Source of the DNA: Candidatus Omnitrophota bacterium
GTDB lineage: Bacteria > Omnitrophota > Gorgyraeia > 2-01-FULL-45-10
Assembly: GCA_028715345.1 (NCBI GenBank)
Contig: JAQUSB010000003.1
Span: forward strand, 2,004 to 66,003
Direction of reading: 5' to 3'
Length of the DNA: 64,000 nucleotides
Both the position numbers and the translations under genes were made by a program. Shown here piece after piece: positions 48,801 to 63,800 of the stretch. Numbering within the stretch: the first letter of the stretch is position 1; every line of letters begins with the position of its first letter. The notes under the pieces were generated by a model, which saw nothing but the letters and a program-made list of their open reading frames with translations, had not been told where the DNA came from and did not search any database.

Positions 48801-51800
48801 ACCATATCTACGATACCTGCGCTGTTCTCATTCATATTTTCGATGGTAATCGGCGAATCGGCCGCATATTCCAGCGTAAGAGACGCGAAACCGAACCTTA
48901 TCGCGAATGTGTTGTAAATACCGTGGACAAAGAAATTGATGACGAGGGCGGGAACCACGCTTATAACAAGCCCGGCATAAGGATCAAATCCCCATGCCGC
49001 CGATAAGGCGCGGACGCATATGCTCATCGTGATCATCATGCCTGCCCAGATACCGATGATGCCGAGGCCTCTCGGAAGCTCTTCGCGCCATGTATTATTA
49101 AGGTGCGCGCGCAGGAACGTTATAGGCAACAAGGTCTTTATCAATTCATGCCGCGCCGCGAACCAGCCGATCTTGTATTCTTCTGTTATCCCTAACTCAT
49201 ATGCGCGCGCTCGTGTCGAAGGGAGAATAAGGGCCGTGCTTCCGGTCTGCGTGACCGAGGCGATCTTCTTAAGCGCGAATATCCTGGCATTGCGTATATC
49301 TTGATACGGTATAACCGATACCTTTTCCACCTCGATACCATTGTCGCTTAAGAAACCGGTAAAACGTTTTAGAGATTCTTCGTTCTTACCAAATACCTCT
49401 TCCTGCATGAACGGCCGGATGACCAATCTGCCGCCGGTCTTTACGGAATCGCATATTAACTTCCAGTCTTCCCTGCCGGCCGGTGAATCGAAATCGGATG
49501 AAACGCCGCATATGGAAAAGATAAGTTCAGGCTTTCTCGCATCAGGTAAAGCCGCTATTTCGGGCAGGTATTCATTGTAATATCTGGTAATGGTCGGGAC
49601 CCGTAATCCGGTCCCTTTTTCCTGTTGAAAATCTATATTTACTACTGCATCGCTTTGAGTTGCCGTTTTCAATAATTCCCTGACGCAAGGATACCCGCTT
49701 CCGCCTATCTCGAATATCTTCGCTCTCTTAAGCCGCTCCCTATCCGCGGGTTTTGAAAACGCCTCTGTAATAACGGCAAGCATCCACGCCCCTCTGTGGC
49801 TTTCGCGGGCCAGAGCTTCGGGTGTCGTATCGAGACCGAGTAACTCTGCGGCATATCTGATGCTTGCTTCGGATAACGCGCCCGGAAATGTTTCAACAGG
49901 TTTCTGCATTATTACGCGCGGCTTCGGTCCCGGTTTGGGCAAAGGTTTAGGCTCCGGCGGCGGGGGAGCCAGTAAAACTTTCGGCTGATGAAACATCAAG
50001 TCCGGAGGAGGCAGAGGGAAACGCGCGATCCAGTCATCCTCCGGGAATATTTTGAGTATCGCTTCCGCCTCCTGCTTCATACGATTGATCTCCGGGTCTG
50101 TCCATCCTCTGCCCTGCCTGAGACCTCCGGCAAATTCTTTAAGTTTTCTCCCCGCTTCATCGGCTTTACCCAATACAAGCGGCCTGAAAAATGTAAGAGC
50201 GCGCTCCAAACGCTTTGCCCCGTATATTTCCGTCTTACCGAAAATGGCCCCTATCCTGTTTATCTTCATCGGCGCATTGTAGTCTTCGGACATGCCGTAA
50301 CGCAATGCAAGAACTCTGCGCAGATCATGAGATCCGGGTATATACTCAAGTGCGGCGCGTATAATATTGATCTTGCGCTTGATTATAGGATGGCGCGCTA
50401 TCACCGAGCCCAGCCATCGCGTCTTGGTGGTCGAGGAAGGTTCCGCCTTTTTGACTTTTCCGAAATATTCCTCTTTTATGAGCCGCGGGTACTGGGCAGA
50501 ACCGGGAAATTTATTTGATTTAAGCGAATCGGCCGCTATAACGTCGAATTCTTCTTCCGTTATCAATTCGTCTTCAAGCATAAATCTTACTCTGTCGGCG
50601 GCCGCAAGCGGCAGCTTGCTTCCGCGGCCTTCACCCATATACACCCTGTCTATCTTTTCGCCATGCCGCCATGCGCGCCATGCTACGCGAATATCGTTAT
50701 AAGGATCGAAAGGGTTGCCGACTATTATGGATAACATGATAAGATTAAATATTCCCAATATCGTCAGGCAGGCTTTTGAAGTATGTTGCGGGTCCATTCC
50801 GGTATTTTGCAGCATCAGCAAAATTATTATGCCTATAATAGATATGCCGAGAGATAATTTTGTCATAAATATGCCCGGCGCTAAAGCCACGCGCACAGGA
50901 TGCTCGAAATAGGCGCCATCGGCAGAATCATAAAATCCTCCCGTGACCCTTCCGTCCTCTTCTACTATACCGACGGAGCCGCGATCTTTATCAGCTGAGG
51001 CGTGAAGCATTTCATGGGATTCCGCCAGGAACCGCGCGCACCGTTTACCGATAAGCGGGATCCGGTTTAATATCTTTATCGAAATAGCAAGGCTGTTAAT
51101 ATAATCCGCTAAAGAAACTTTTGGGTTTTTCTGTTTTTCGCGCCATATTTTAAATCGTATTTTCGTATCTTCGAGGTCGTTTTTAGAGAACATAAAAACG
51201 GCGTTGACCATAAAGGCGCTGATCAAAAGTATCGATCCTTGATGATAAAATAACGCGCCCGACAGGATCGCTACGGCGACCGCACTCATTGCGATACCGG
51301 GCCAACCTTTTGATCCCGGAATATGCACGCCGTATCCGTCAAATACGGGATCATTCGGATGCTGGATAAAATGTCCCAGCTCGTGCCAGAATACGGAGAG
51401 AAAATAGACTGCGGCTGTCATAATGAGGGTAAAGCCTAAGCCGCCGTTATCGATACCGGCGAAGTGGGCAATGACCGGCGGTACAAATCCCAGTAGCGCC
51501 GTAATAAGCTGCGGCATCGATATGGCGGATCTCGGCGGTAATTTCGATGAGGCAATATAGTCTTCATAAGGGACAAGCCTGCCCAGCAATTTATTGATCT
51601 TTTCTTCGGGAAGCCGGGTATTTTCGCGATATTTCCCGGCCTCTTCCTTTACTTTTCTGACCAATCCGCCGAGGTCGATAGTGCGGTCGAGCCTGTCCAA
51701 AAGCATGATATCGGATATGTCCATAAAGCCGTCTTTCGCGCAATCATATAGGCTCTCGGATCTGCCGCGGACCAGAAGGGCCGATATATTTTTGATTAAG

Positions 51801-54800
51801 GAGTCATCGGTAAGCCCAAGCCGATTAAGCTCTTTTTTCATCCAATCGGCATACTCTGTTTCGTCAGGATTCGACCTGCCTCTCATTAAACCGGTACCCG
51901 GGCGTATTCTGATAAATTTCCCGGATGCGCCTAAGATTTCCGAGATACCATTGTCGGCAGAGCCGGCCTCCGCTACGGAGCCTTCCGTTACCTTAAGCGT
52001 TTTCCCATCGCCTTCTTTTAGAAGGACCACAGGCCTGCCCATCGAAAGATACTGTTGCATATCGAGCAAAATATTCTTCACTTCGGCTGCACTCAAGAGA
52101 TGCCTCGTGCGGCGATCGATGTAGCTGTCGGGTTTCGGCATACCGTAAATATTCGGGAATTCTATTTTGATAACCATAGCCAGAAGCTGGCCGTTAACTT
52201 TGTTCGCCTCGGGATTGCCGTTATTAAGCAACGTGAACAGCCTGCTCCACCCGTGAATATTTATAAACGATCTCGTAAAATCCCTTAAGCCCGCAAGGCT
52301 CCATACAAAACGCTGCATCTCTTCCAATATGTAATTTTCTTCTGCGGTCAATATGCAAAATACTTTATTGCCGCCATTGGCAGGCCATACGATGGCAAGG
52401 TGGCCGCCGGCTCCCTGCAAGCCGCGCGCTACAACTTTACTATCCCTAAGGATGCTGACCGTATCGGACGACGGGATGCCGTGCTCCTCTTTAATGTCCC
52501 TGCAGAAATTATTCAGGTCATAGAGCCTGCGTGGCTTCGTATTTCTCAATGTGATAAGCTTATTCAGGGTTATTTCCGCGTTTTTCCGGTCGACCGGGGT
52601 CTTTGCGGCCACGGCGGGCCGGGAGGCAAATCCTTTCGCGTATAGCGCATCTTTATATCTTGTTTTCAGAAGTCTTGTGTGAACGTATCTGGTAATGGCC
52701 ATCCCCTGGTCCCTGGCATCATCGATAGCAAGCCATTTCGGCACGTTCTCGAAGAAATCGCCGGACTCATGCATAGCCTCTTTCGCTCCTGTATACTGCC
52801 GTAATATGTCTATCTTCTCCTGGGTAGTTTTACCGACAGCGCCCGGAGTCGTTACAAGCTCCTGAGTGATAAGCCAGAGGAACAGTGTCTGCTCTCCTAT
52901 TATCACCGACTCCTCATAAACTTCATCGGACTCGCTTCCTATATTATTATCGTGGCGTAATTCGTGGAGGAGACGTTCTATGCGCACGAAATTGGCGCCG
53001 TCTATAGCGTCCGCGTCGAACGATTGCTCGTTCACGATATCGTCGAGCCTGAAGAAAAATTCGTTAAATACGATGGTTGCTTCGTTATTTTCGAAATCGT
53101 AATAACGCGCGGAGTCTATCATGAGATCGGGCGCTACGGCAAATTTCAGCTTAGCCAATTCCAGGTTGGAGGACAGATTTATCCCGGTTACATGCGTATC
53201 CGCCTGAATAGGCTTGCTCTGGACTGCCTCCTTCAATATCTTATGAAATTCCGGGCTAACAGACGCTATATAGCACATGGTCGAGAATAACATGTTGAGC
53301 TTGGCAGGCAATGGGCCATCCGAAGGAAAGATGACCGCAAGCGCTTTTTCTATTTCCGAGGGGCTTTTTTCGTCAAGGTTATCGATGATTTCCTTCAGGC
53401 TTTCTAATTGCGAATTATCCAGTTCCGCTATGGTTCGGCACTGTAATCGTTCTATCGGCGGCAAGGCCATCGCTTTACCATAAGCGCCTTTACCGGAAGG
53501 CCCATCGGCGCGTGGGACGCTAAGTTCCGGCGCTTCGACGGCCTTTAATGCCTCAGCCGCGCTCTTCCTGAGCTCAGGCGGCAGCTTTTCATTACCTGAT
53601 ATTTTCTTTAAATATGGGATGTTTTCTTCCGATCCCCCTATCCCCATCTGCTCGATGATACGCTCCAGGGCGGTTGTTGCATTATAACGTTCTCCGTTTC
53701 TTGTATAAGACGGTTTCCTGTTATAATCATTCATATCAGTCGCAATTTTTATAAAGATATCTATGAAAAGCCGCGCATCATCCATCATCGGCACCGTCCC
53801 CATAACTACATCAGCTTCCCGCACCTGTTCCGGACCGACTTTATTAAGCATTGCCATAAAGGCGCTTACCGCGTTCGGGCCGCCTATACCGGCGAGTTTA
53901 CGGATAGCGTCGACATATTTGCCGTAATCGTCACTTTTTAATTGTTCTATAAGGGCGTTTTCTTCCGCTTTCATATCGGCAAGGGCTTTTTCTGCGGCGG
54001 CTCGCATTGCCGGCGGGCAAGCGCTCTCCCCCGCTATAGCCTTAAGGTGCTTTTCGACTTTTCTGTTATTGATACCGCAAAGCGCTTCAACGGCCCGCGC
54101 TTGCGCCAATGCAGAGGCAATGTCCTCAATAATGGCCGGAGATTCTACATCGTATTCCCCGTATTTTCTTTTAGTGATAGACTCGGCTGTCTTCCCTAGC
54201 GCCTCGGCGGCGGCCGCACGCACTTCGGTATCATTGTCTTTTAATGCCTCTTTCAATATTTTCACGGCGTTTTTCAGGACATCATCCTGGTCCGGACGCA
54301 CTTGTATGGGAAGCCCGAAATCACCGCCATACACTTCACCGATAGCCCTGGCGGATTCGGCGCGGACTTCCGCATAATTATTTTTCATTTTTCCCGTAAG
54401 GGCGGAAATAGCTTTCTCATCTGCATTCTGTTTTAAGGCTTTTATCAGCTCCTTCTGAACGACCGGGTCTGCTTCTTTCTCCAGCGCCTCGATAAGCTCC
54501 TTCTCCGCAAGATGGCCGAATGCGGATAATCCCGCCGCGGCCTTAATACGTTTCGCGGGATCTTCATCATTAAGCATAGTTTTGAAAGCTTTCAGGTCAC
54601 GGTCATGTATCTGCCGTTGAATAGATATCCCTTTGATGGATTCGCCGAAATTGTCCTTGCCCGTAATTTTTTGAGCTATCCGCCCGTATCTATTAAGCTC
54701 CATCCTGCCTTTAACCGCGTCCAATTGTTCCTCTAGGGATCTTTCCGGCATCACATTATCTTTTTTATGCTTCGCGAAATCGATAAAGGCGCGGTAGCCG

Positions 54801-57800
54801 CCCAGCACGATCGCCGTTATGGTCACAAGCCCGATGAGAGCTTTGAGGGAGTAGCTGAAAAATCTTCTGCCTTCCCTGGGTTTACCGGCTTCTTTATCCA
54901 GATAGGCAAGGTTCGCGAACTGGTGGATGATAGTCGCGACGGCAAAGAGAGGCCCATAAAGGGTCGCTATTATAGACGGGGTGGTTAAAAGGTATGTTAT
55001 ATCGGTGTTTGAGAAATATAAAATATCCGCTGTGGGTATGGTTATGAAAGCGGCGTTCATCGCGGTAATTGCGGCTATACGATACCACGGCGGCGCGTTA
55101 GGCATATTTTTAGCCTTAACGTAATGCGCTATAAAGAAGAGAGACCACGTTATAACCACGGACCATAAATTGCGAAGGCCGGGCACAAATAAAAGTCCGA
55201 TATTGACCGCCCAGAAAAGGCTCTGCTCTATTGCCGCCTGATATATACGCGCTTTATCATCCCCCAGCCATTTGCGCAGGGCCGGGATCATCGCCGATCC
55301 TTCTTGCGGAGCAGAAGGAGACTCGGGGCCTTCCACGATAGCATTCAATATAACCCATATATCTTTGCGGACACTTTCCGACGGGTCCTCCCGTTTCATC
55401 TTTAACGCTGCGCAAACCTCAGGCCGTCTTATCGCTTTCAGAAGCTCCGGCTCTTTCGTTCCGACGAGATCCTTAAAGAGTGCAACGGCAAATTGGCCTG
55501 TTTCGTCCGGCCGGCCGATAAACGAAGCCAGCGCATCTATATCGGAAACTATCTCTTTTATTATATCCTTATTCTTACTGCGGGCGAATTCACCGATAAT
55601 ACCGAATGCGCTCTCGCGCCTCGCTATATCGAACGGCTCTTCTAATCCCGCAATATATATGCATAATTTCACCACCGGCCCGATATCTCCGCCGGATTCG
55701 GCAAATGCCTTATTCGCATTCACAAAACTGCGGCGGAATTTTTCCGACATTACGCAAGCCGGTATGGTCGAATCCGCCAGCATATCGAGCAATGCATCAT
55801 TACCTTTTTTTACGATTATGGCAACCGCGTCATATGACTTTATTATATCGCCGTCATCATCTTTAGATATCATATCTTCCAATATATCTATAAATGTTTT
55901 ATCAACCCCTTTTATCTTAATGCGCAACTCCGCAAGTATTTCCGACTGCTCACTTCCTCCTAGCAAAATAAGCCCTGAGATCATGCTTAAACTTCTGAGG
56001 CGGGATCTTTCGTCTTTATCGGCCAGACCGCGGAAAAATATACTTATCGCGGTCTCATAACGTCCTTCGACCTGCACGCGTGCTTTTGCTATGGCACCGC
56101 ACATGATCGGATCTTTGTTTTTCATTAGATAGTAAAGCATTCCCTGGCTTAAATCGCGAAGATGAGTATTAGGTGAGGCGGCGCATTCAAGTAAAAGCTC
56201 TATAGCAGGCGTAGCTTTAGCTATATAGTTATAAAAGTCCGCGAGCAGCCCCGCAGGCGCATTGTTAATTATCCCGTGAAGATCCATTAAAGCTTCTATT
56301 TTTTCATCGGCATCACCTTCTAGCAGTGCTCTTAACGCTACCCTCGCCTCATATTCTCTTCTACCCGGTATATCCCTATACCAATCCAGCGTGGCCCCTT
56401 CCATGCCTTTAACAGGTATCGGCCAGACAGATGCCATAGCCGCCATGCTTATCGCGTTGGCCGCACCGCCATTAAGTACCCCTAAATAAGCCAGCGCCTG
56501 CGCGGCCGATGCCGCGGCTATCATAGCGATCGAAAGAATAAGCGGATTACGCTTCAGCCAGTCGACTGCGCGCCGTACCGGTCCGGCGTCAGACGAGGTT
56601 TTAGACGGGGTGCGTTTCGTCGCCGCCTTTTCGCCGATGCCGTCATAGGACAAATTTAAAAGTACATCGCGGCCTTTATTTTTTTCGAACCAGCCTTCAG
56701 GATATACTTCATCATCTAGCAATATCCATACATTTTTAATGCCCGACCATTCGAAGCCGGCATTCGATACTATTTCATAGGTCCCATTGGCTTCCGGGAT
56801 CGTGATTATTTTCGTAAGCGGCATAGTCTGCGCGGCACGCTCGCATACGGCGGCAAAGAGCGCTTTGCCTATGCCCTTATGTTCAAAGTCTTTCCTGACC
56901 GCGACAAATTTTACTTTAGCGCCGATACCTGTTCTACCCAGATGGCAAAAACCTACTATCCGACCGCCTTTATCTCTATATACGGCAACTACGTTATGCT
57001 TGGCATTTATTTGTGCTACCGGTATCTCTATCTTATCGTATTCATCCTCATTAAGGATACCATCCTCGACTAACCTGTGGAATATTTTGTTTATAGCCTC
57101 TTCATCTCCTTTTCTATGGTTAGTCCCATCGAGAAATTCTATCTTATCGTAAATATCCGATTTCACATTAAATGTCGCGCCGAAGACTTTGACTTTCTTT
57201 GAGCCGCCATGTTTAGGTTCCCGTCCGGAAAGCGTCCCGTACCCCACATCTATGCCTCTCTCATTAAGATAGGGAACGAGGAATGTGTTTATAAGTGAGT
57301 GGGCGACGATGCTGAACAATATGGAGTCTATGGGGTTAGATACGAAGTATGCTATGGTTAGGCCTGTTACTGTTACGAGGGCCGGTATTATAAGATGATA
57401 TGATGCGGGCTTTCTCTCTTCGGAACCAGGAGGGGCCCTTTCATTAAGTATGTGCAGGAGTGTGAATACAGCGCCGAATACTACTAAAGATGCGAAGAGT
57501 ATGGATGAATTTACTACCGGAGTGAAATTAAAGTATGACTCTACTACAGCCGCTATGCCGTAAGGTATGCCTACCCTTAATAAGAGGTCTTCTACTATAG
57601 GAGCTGTTACCTGAGGTGTATATCCTATGCCTGTCTTAGGCTTTATGTATTTATCCCATAAGTCGCCTATGGGGCGTAAGGTGGCAGGGGCGACTGGAAG
57701 CTCAGGCAATAAATATTCCGCCATGCCTGCGCGCCATTCGTCATTCTTTTCCGACGACGGCACCACGGACCCTAAAGATTTTCCCGATTTTTTCTCTCCC

Positions 57801-60800
57801 GGGATATCGGTAAGGCGCACCATAGCGCCGAATTTAACATCCTTATGCTCCTGCAGGAATTTAGCAAGATACAGATGTTCTATTTCGACAAAGCTCGCAT
57901 CAGAAGCTTTCCATATTTTCGCGTCGCTCTGCTTTTCTTCTGTTATTGTCCTGACATTAACGCCTGCACCTACATGCACTCTCCGGCCTATCTTATCGAA
58001 TATTTTCCTCAGCCTTTCAACATCTACGCTATTCTGCGGCGCCGGAACAATGCTATTCTCCCTATCCAATATCCGGTCATATACGACCATATCGCCGATC
58101 TTCATAGAGCCGCCATTTTTCGGCCCTTTGAGCCCTCCGGCCAGCCCAACGAATAAAACATCTTTAATGGAAAGTATGTTAACCAGGTAATCTATTGCGC
58201 CTACTATCTGATCACCATACGCGTCATCCAAATCCATAATTAAGATCCTTTGGGCATCGGGTAAAATTACTACGCAATGATCGCAGCCTTCGCGCTCAAA
58301 ATCTTCGAAACTCGCGCCATTGCCGGCGCGTTTGACCAGAGCCTTAGCAAATTTCTTGGGGCTGAATACGAATATCGCCCGGGAAATTCCGCGCGCGTCA
58401 CGGCCGAGCGTCTCGTCGTACAATTTTCTGTAGTCTGTTTTAAATTCAAGGATAGACAGAGATGTGTACGGAATGTTCTTATATTTAAGCATGGCGATAT
58501 ATTCGGCCATCCGCGTTCCTCCATGCAGACCTGCAAGGACGTATAGAATTTCCCCCGTCTTTGTTATTGCGCGATAGAAATGCCCCCTTACCTCTCCATA
58601 CGATCCCGGCTTGGCATCCGTCAGGTTACGCTCATTTTTAGTGCCGTGGCTGGCCGCATAGACTTCTTTTACTTCGGTAAATTCACCCGAATGAAGACGT
58701 TCGGCTAACATAGTTTCTGACTGTTCATTCAGACCGATATGTATCTCTATGCCTGCGCCTTTCTTTAAATTTTCTATTAAACCTGCCGGCATATAATCGT
58801 CAACATACGGCTCTATTTCCATAAGGCTTTCTTCGGCATTTGCGGGAGTTTTCAGAGAATCGTAAAGAGCTTTAATCTGCGATTTACTAAAAACTGAAGA
58901 TACTACGGCAGGCTGAACTGTATAAGCCTTAGGCAAATGCATGGGAACGGCATTAGGGATAGAATTTTCTCCCCAGCTTATCTGCCCGCTATTGTCAATG
59001 ACCTTCCTGTCTCCTAAAAGCGTCAATATGGAAAATATCTGAAGCGAATGGCCGAACATCACAATCTTCTTACCTATATATCTTGGGTCGCTGTTCAATT
59101 TTTCCAAAAATGCTTTTGAGCGTATCAACAGATCTATGACACTCTCACCGCCGCCGGGCCTAACTGCCGCATCGAGATATTCATGATACCTTTCGCGCTC
59201 AGCCTGCTGCTCAGAAGTAAGCATATCGAGCGTTTTATTCTGTAATGCGCCGCCGTACTTCTCGTTTATAAGAGGATCCCGTATAACAGTAAGGTCTTTA
59301 CCGGTCCTATCTCTCACAAGACTTGTGAATGCCGCTGCTGTATCTTTTGTACGCGTAAGAGTGCTTGTTAATATGATCACGTTATCGTTTACTATATCGT
59401 CCTCTAATTGCTTGAACAAACTTTCGGCGCCTAGCGCGGCCTGCCTCTTGCCTTTTGGGGTAAGTTGGTTTATATCTTCATCGGCAGCGCCGCCGATTAT
59501 CCCTTCGATAAGATTTGCTTCAGTCTGGCCGTGCCTTACAGCGATTATGTCTATATTATTTTCAACGACGGCGCCTTCACCGGCAAATCCGATCCTCCCG
59601 GTAGAGCTGTCTAAAAATATCTTGTTGTCTAACTCAGCGATGGCCCCGTCTTCTTTAGCCTTTTCCTGCCCCGGGCCGTCGAGCTTAAACCTCTCGTCCA
59701 TCATGTCGCCGAGGCCTTCGGGATCCGCGACGAATCTCATCTTTCCTTCGAGTGACGGCGGGAACTGCTGGACCGTATTATTTCTGACAAATACAGCTGT
59801 CGCGCCTTCGTTGGCAAGTTCCAACATATCAAAATCGTTTCCGCTGTCGCCCAAAACGGTTATATTCTTTGTCTCGATGCCAAACCTTGCGGCATGAACC
59901 TTTACCCTCTCTCCTTTGCCTGAAAGAACGATATCTATGTACTGGTTATTATTGTTTGTGAGACGGAATCCCATGGGAGATAATTTTTCATTTAGTCTGG
60001 AAAATAGCACAGGCGTATGTTCAGCAAGGACATTGCCCATATTTATGGTTATGACCGACAGCTTGTGATCGACCTCTATCTTCGACGGCCACTGTATATC
60101 TTTTCCTATATATTTTGAGAGGCCCAACTCTCCCATTACTGCGTCGATCTTTTCAACTGCAGCCGCCCTCTGATGTTCGTCAAGCCTTAGCGAATTATTT
60201 TCTTCGGCATGCAGGTTGCCGTCTGCATCCACCCACCCCACATCGCCGCCAAGTTCACCCAATAGATAGAATTGTCCCGGATATTTTATATGCTTCAGGA
60301 ATTCATATTTTCGCAATTTCTCATGTATCTTCGGAAGTCTCTGGCCTGTCACTATCGCCCATCGCCCTCCCCTATCGAGCGTCTCCGCTATCCGGCGCTG
60401 CAAAGATGCGGGGATAGGCTGGCCGCTTAAATGCAGAGTCCCGTCAAAGTCACTTGCAAACAAATGTTCTGATAGATCGCCAAACGGTTTCAAGTTAGCT
60501 ATCGCCTTTTCGCCGACGCCGTCTTTCCGTAGATCCCGGATTGTCGGGTGGCCCTTATACTCATTAAACCAATCTTCCGAATATATTGCGTCATCAAGCA
60601 ATACCCATACATTCCCGATACCGGACCATCTGAGCCCGGAATGCTCTGCTATATCGGCAATCTCCCTGGCTGACGCCGAAGTTATGATCTTCGTTATGGG
60701 CATCGTCCGCACAGCGCGTTCGCAGGCGGCGGCAAACAGAGCCTTGCCTATACCTTTGTGTTCAAGGTCTTCCCTTACGGACACGTATTCTGCTTCGGCC

Positions 60801-63800
60801 CCGATGCCGTACTTCTTTATATAGCAGAATCCGGCTATCTCGCCTTTATCGTCTCTGTATACGGCAATTATGTCCCTTTGCACATCCGGATTTTTGACAG
60901 GTATATGCGTATCGTCATATTTGCTCTCCGTGATATAGCCCTTTTCCACAAGACGGTGTAATAATCCGCCGTTTATAGCCGCGCCGTCTTGTAAGCTATA
61001 TTTGCTTCCGTCGAGAAATTCTACTTTGTCATAAATATCTCCGTTCACCTCGAACGTTGCGCCGAAGACCTTCACTTCTTTTTTCGGCGTTCCTTCTTTT
61101 GGAAATTCGCCTAACGTCCCATATCCTACCTTTACCCTAAAGTACCCCAATAAGGGCACAAGTGCGGTATTTGCAAATGAATGTGCGGCGACATTGGCTG
61201 CTATGGCAAGTAATGGATTTGATATGTAGTAAGCTATGACCAAGCCTGATATGGCTACAAGAGTAGGTATGAATAGATGGTAAAATGATCCGGAAGCAGG
61301 AACTTCCGCTATCTTATTTCTCAAAATCCGTACAGCGCGCGGCGGGCTTAAGCTTTTGTTATTCAAAACATACGTCCCGGAGACAAAAAGGCTTGCGCCA
61401 TTGGCATAAGCTCCGGCTATATTCGTATCGTTTATCCCGCCCTGCACCATTATCTCCTTGCCGGGCGCCTTCCGGCCGATCTCGATGATCTTGGCAAACT
61501 GGCTTACATCGGCTTCGGCCCCGGTAGCGCCTGTCTCTATAGACGAGACTACGATCATATCCGCCTCTTTAAGGATCGCGGTCGGTATAGAATCGACCGG
61601 TTCGTCCTTCTCCAGGACTATGCCGGCCTTAATATTCAGCGATTTTATATACCTGATAGCATCCAAAAGACGCGCCTTGTCCTTGAAACTGTCAAATTGT
61701 ATGTCAATGCTCCTCACGCACCCCGTATCGGCAAACCCTTTAAGGTATTCCTTTGTCGGCTCCCAACACAGAAGATGAACATCGAAAGTCTTTTCGAAAC
61801 CTGCGTCCTTCATCGCGTTGATCAATCCGGGAGTGAATTGCCCCGTATTATCCGGATATGCCTTATTACTATTTTCGCGGCCTGTGTTGCTGAAATATCC
61901 GTTATCCCGCACGTCGTAATGAATACCGTCAGCGCCCGCAGCCTGTATCTCCAGGGCTTTCCCGATCAATTCTTCGTCTTCCATTTTGCGCAATACAGAG
62001 AGAGGAACGAAGATATGCGGATTCTTTCTATTCAATAGATGCGCTATTGTAAATATCACCCCGAATACGCCCAGAAGTGAGAACGATATGCTTGAATTTA
62101 TAAGCGGTGAGAACTCGAAGAATGACTGTATTATGGCGGCGATACCATAAGGTATGCCTACCCTTAATAGAAGGTCTTCTACTATAGGAGCTGTTACCTC
62201 GGGGGTATATCCTATGCCTGTATACGGCTTTACCTTCGCATCCCACCAGTCGCCTATGGGACGGATGGTGGCGGGGCCTGCAGGGGCAGGCGCTACAGCT
62301 TGCTGTAACACGGCCTTGCTTTTCAGATCTTGAGCAAAATACGCAAGGCCTGCTAAAAACCCATATTTCAAAGTATTTACATCGTTGTCTACAACTCTGA
62401 CTAACGGCACCTCTTGTTCTGCGATCCCGAGCGCGGTATTTGCCGACATAGCCGTTATCTTTCCCGCTTCTCCCGAAAGAACTCCTCCTGACAATACGAC
62501 ATTTTCGATATTATAATAATTTTCGATTGCCCGTTTCAGGGCGGCAATACATTTCCCGACATTTACAAAAACCACTTCCGCATCATTACGCTGTTCTGCA
62601 TTGCCCGATCCAAGCCAGCCTGTCAAAATGCGCGGCACATCGTCGGTTTCGGCAAATTTGTATTTATTATAAAGCCCTAGCCAACGGGCATTATTCGAAA
62701 TGCCGTACCATGATATATACGCTCCTGCCCAACCGTTAACTCCTGTCATGCTATGAACGGGCGCGCCGCCACTCATATCTATCACGGCTTTGGAAAATTC
62801 ATTGATACCATCCGCGTAATTACCGTTTTCGTCTATAAATCCGGAGGAAAGAGTGTTCCCGAATTTAAGTACGAGCGTATTTTTGTACCCAAACCTTCTC
62901 CCTATGCCATGGGCTTCCATGTTTCCGTCGTTTTGGGTAAAAACCGGCTTGCCCGGGTAAGCCGCCGATATAAGTCGAGGCAGAGAAGCGACGTCTTTAT
63001 CTGATATCGGAATAAATTTTTCTTCCTGACCGGCCGGTTTTCCTAATACGTTATCTCCCCTTGCAATAATACCCAGACCTACGCTTACTCCTATATAGTC
63101 GAGCACTTCATCCGGAATGCCGTTCGTACGCATGCTTACTCTGGCGGCTTCTATGGCCCTTTGTGCCAGATATGCCATATCGTTCGGGTCGACACCTTCC
63201 GGACACGTCCTAATACTTACCGGGGCGGTCAAATACCGGTAGGTTCCTTTCCCGTCTACTTCCGCAACGCCTATTTTCGTAACCATTTTCCCGAAGTTAA
63301 CACCCAATATCCTGACATCGGCTTTTTTGCCGGCGGGTAACGCTGTCCGTATAGCGCCGAGGACAGCGGGGGCCTTTACAATTTCTTTTTCCGTTTTATC
63401 GGAAATAGTAAATCCCGCCGTACCAAAACTTTTCCCGGCCATTTCGCTCGTACGCAGAGGCTTCGCGTCTTTGTCAAAGTGTGAGTTAAAAGATTCTCTC
63501 AAAGTATTTGTAAAACCGGGAATGGTCGAAGCTATTTCAAGGCCTGTCGTTCCCCGTGTTTGTATACGATTGTATATCTCGGTGCAGGCGTATCGCATGA
63601 TATTTTCGAACGCGCCATCTTCCAGGTTTTTGGGAATACTCAAAGCAAAATCCATGGAAGCACCGGGCGTGCCTGTGAACTCAAAAGAAACTGTTTCGAA
63701 GCTCCCCGGATATTTGACTGCATCCTGCCTGAAGCGCTCAAAGACCTCCTGCCATTCATACAAAAATCTCTTATCGGTTAAAGACGACAGGGAAGCGTTA

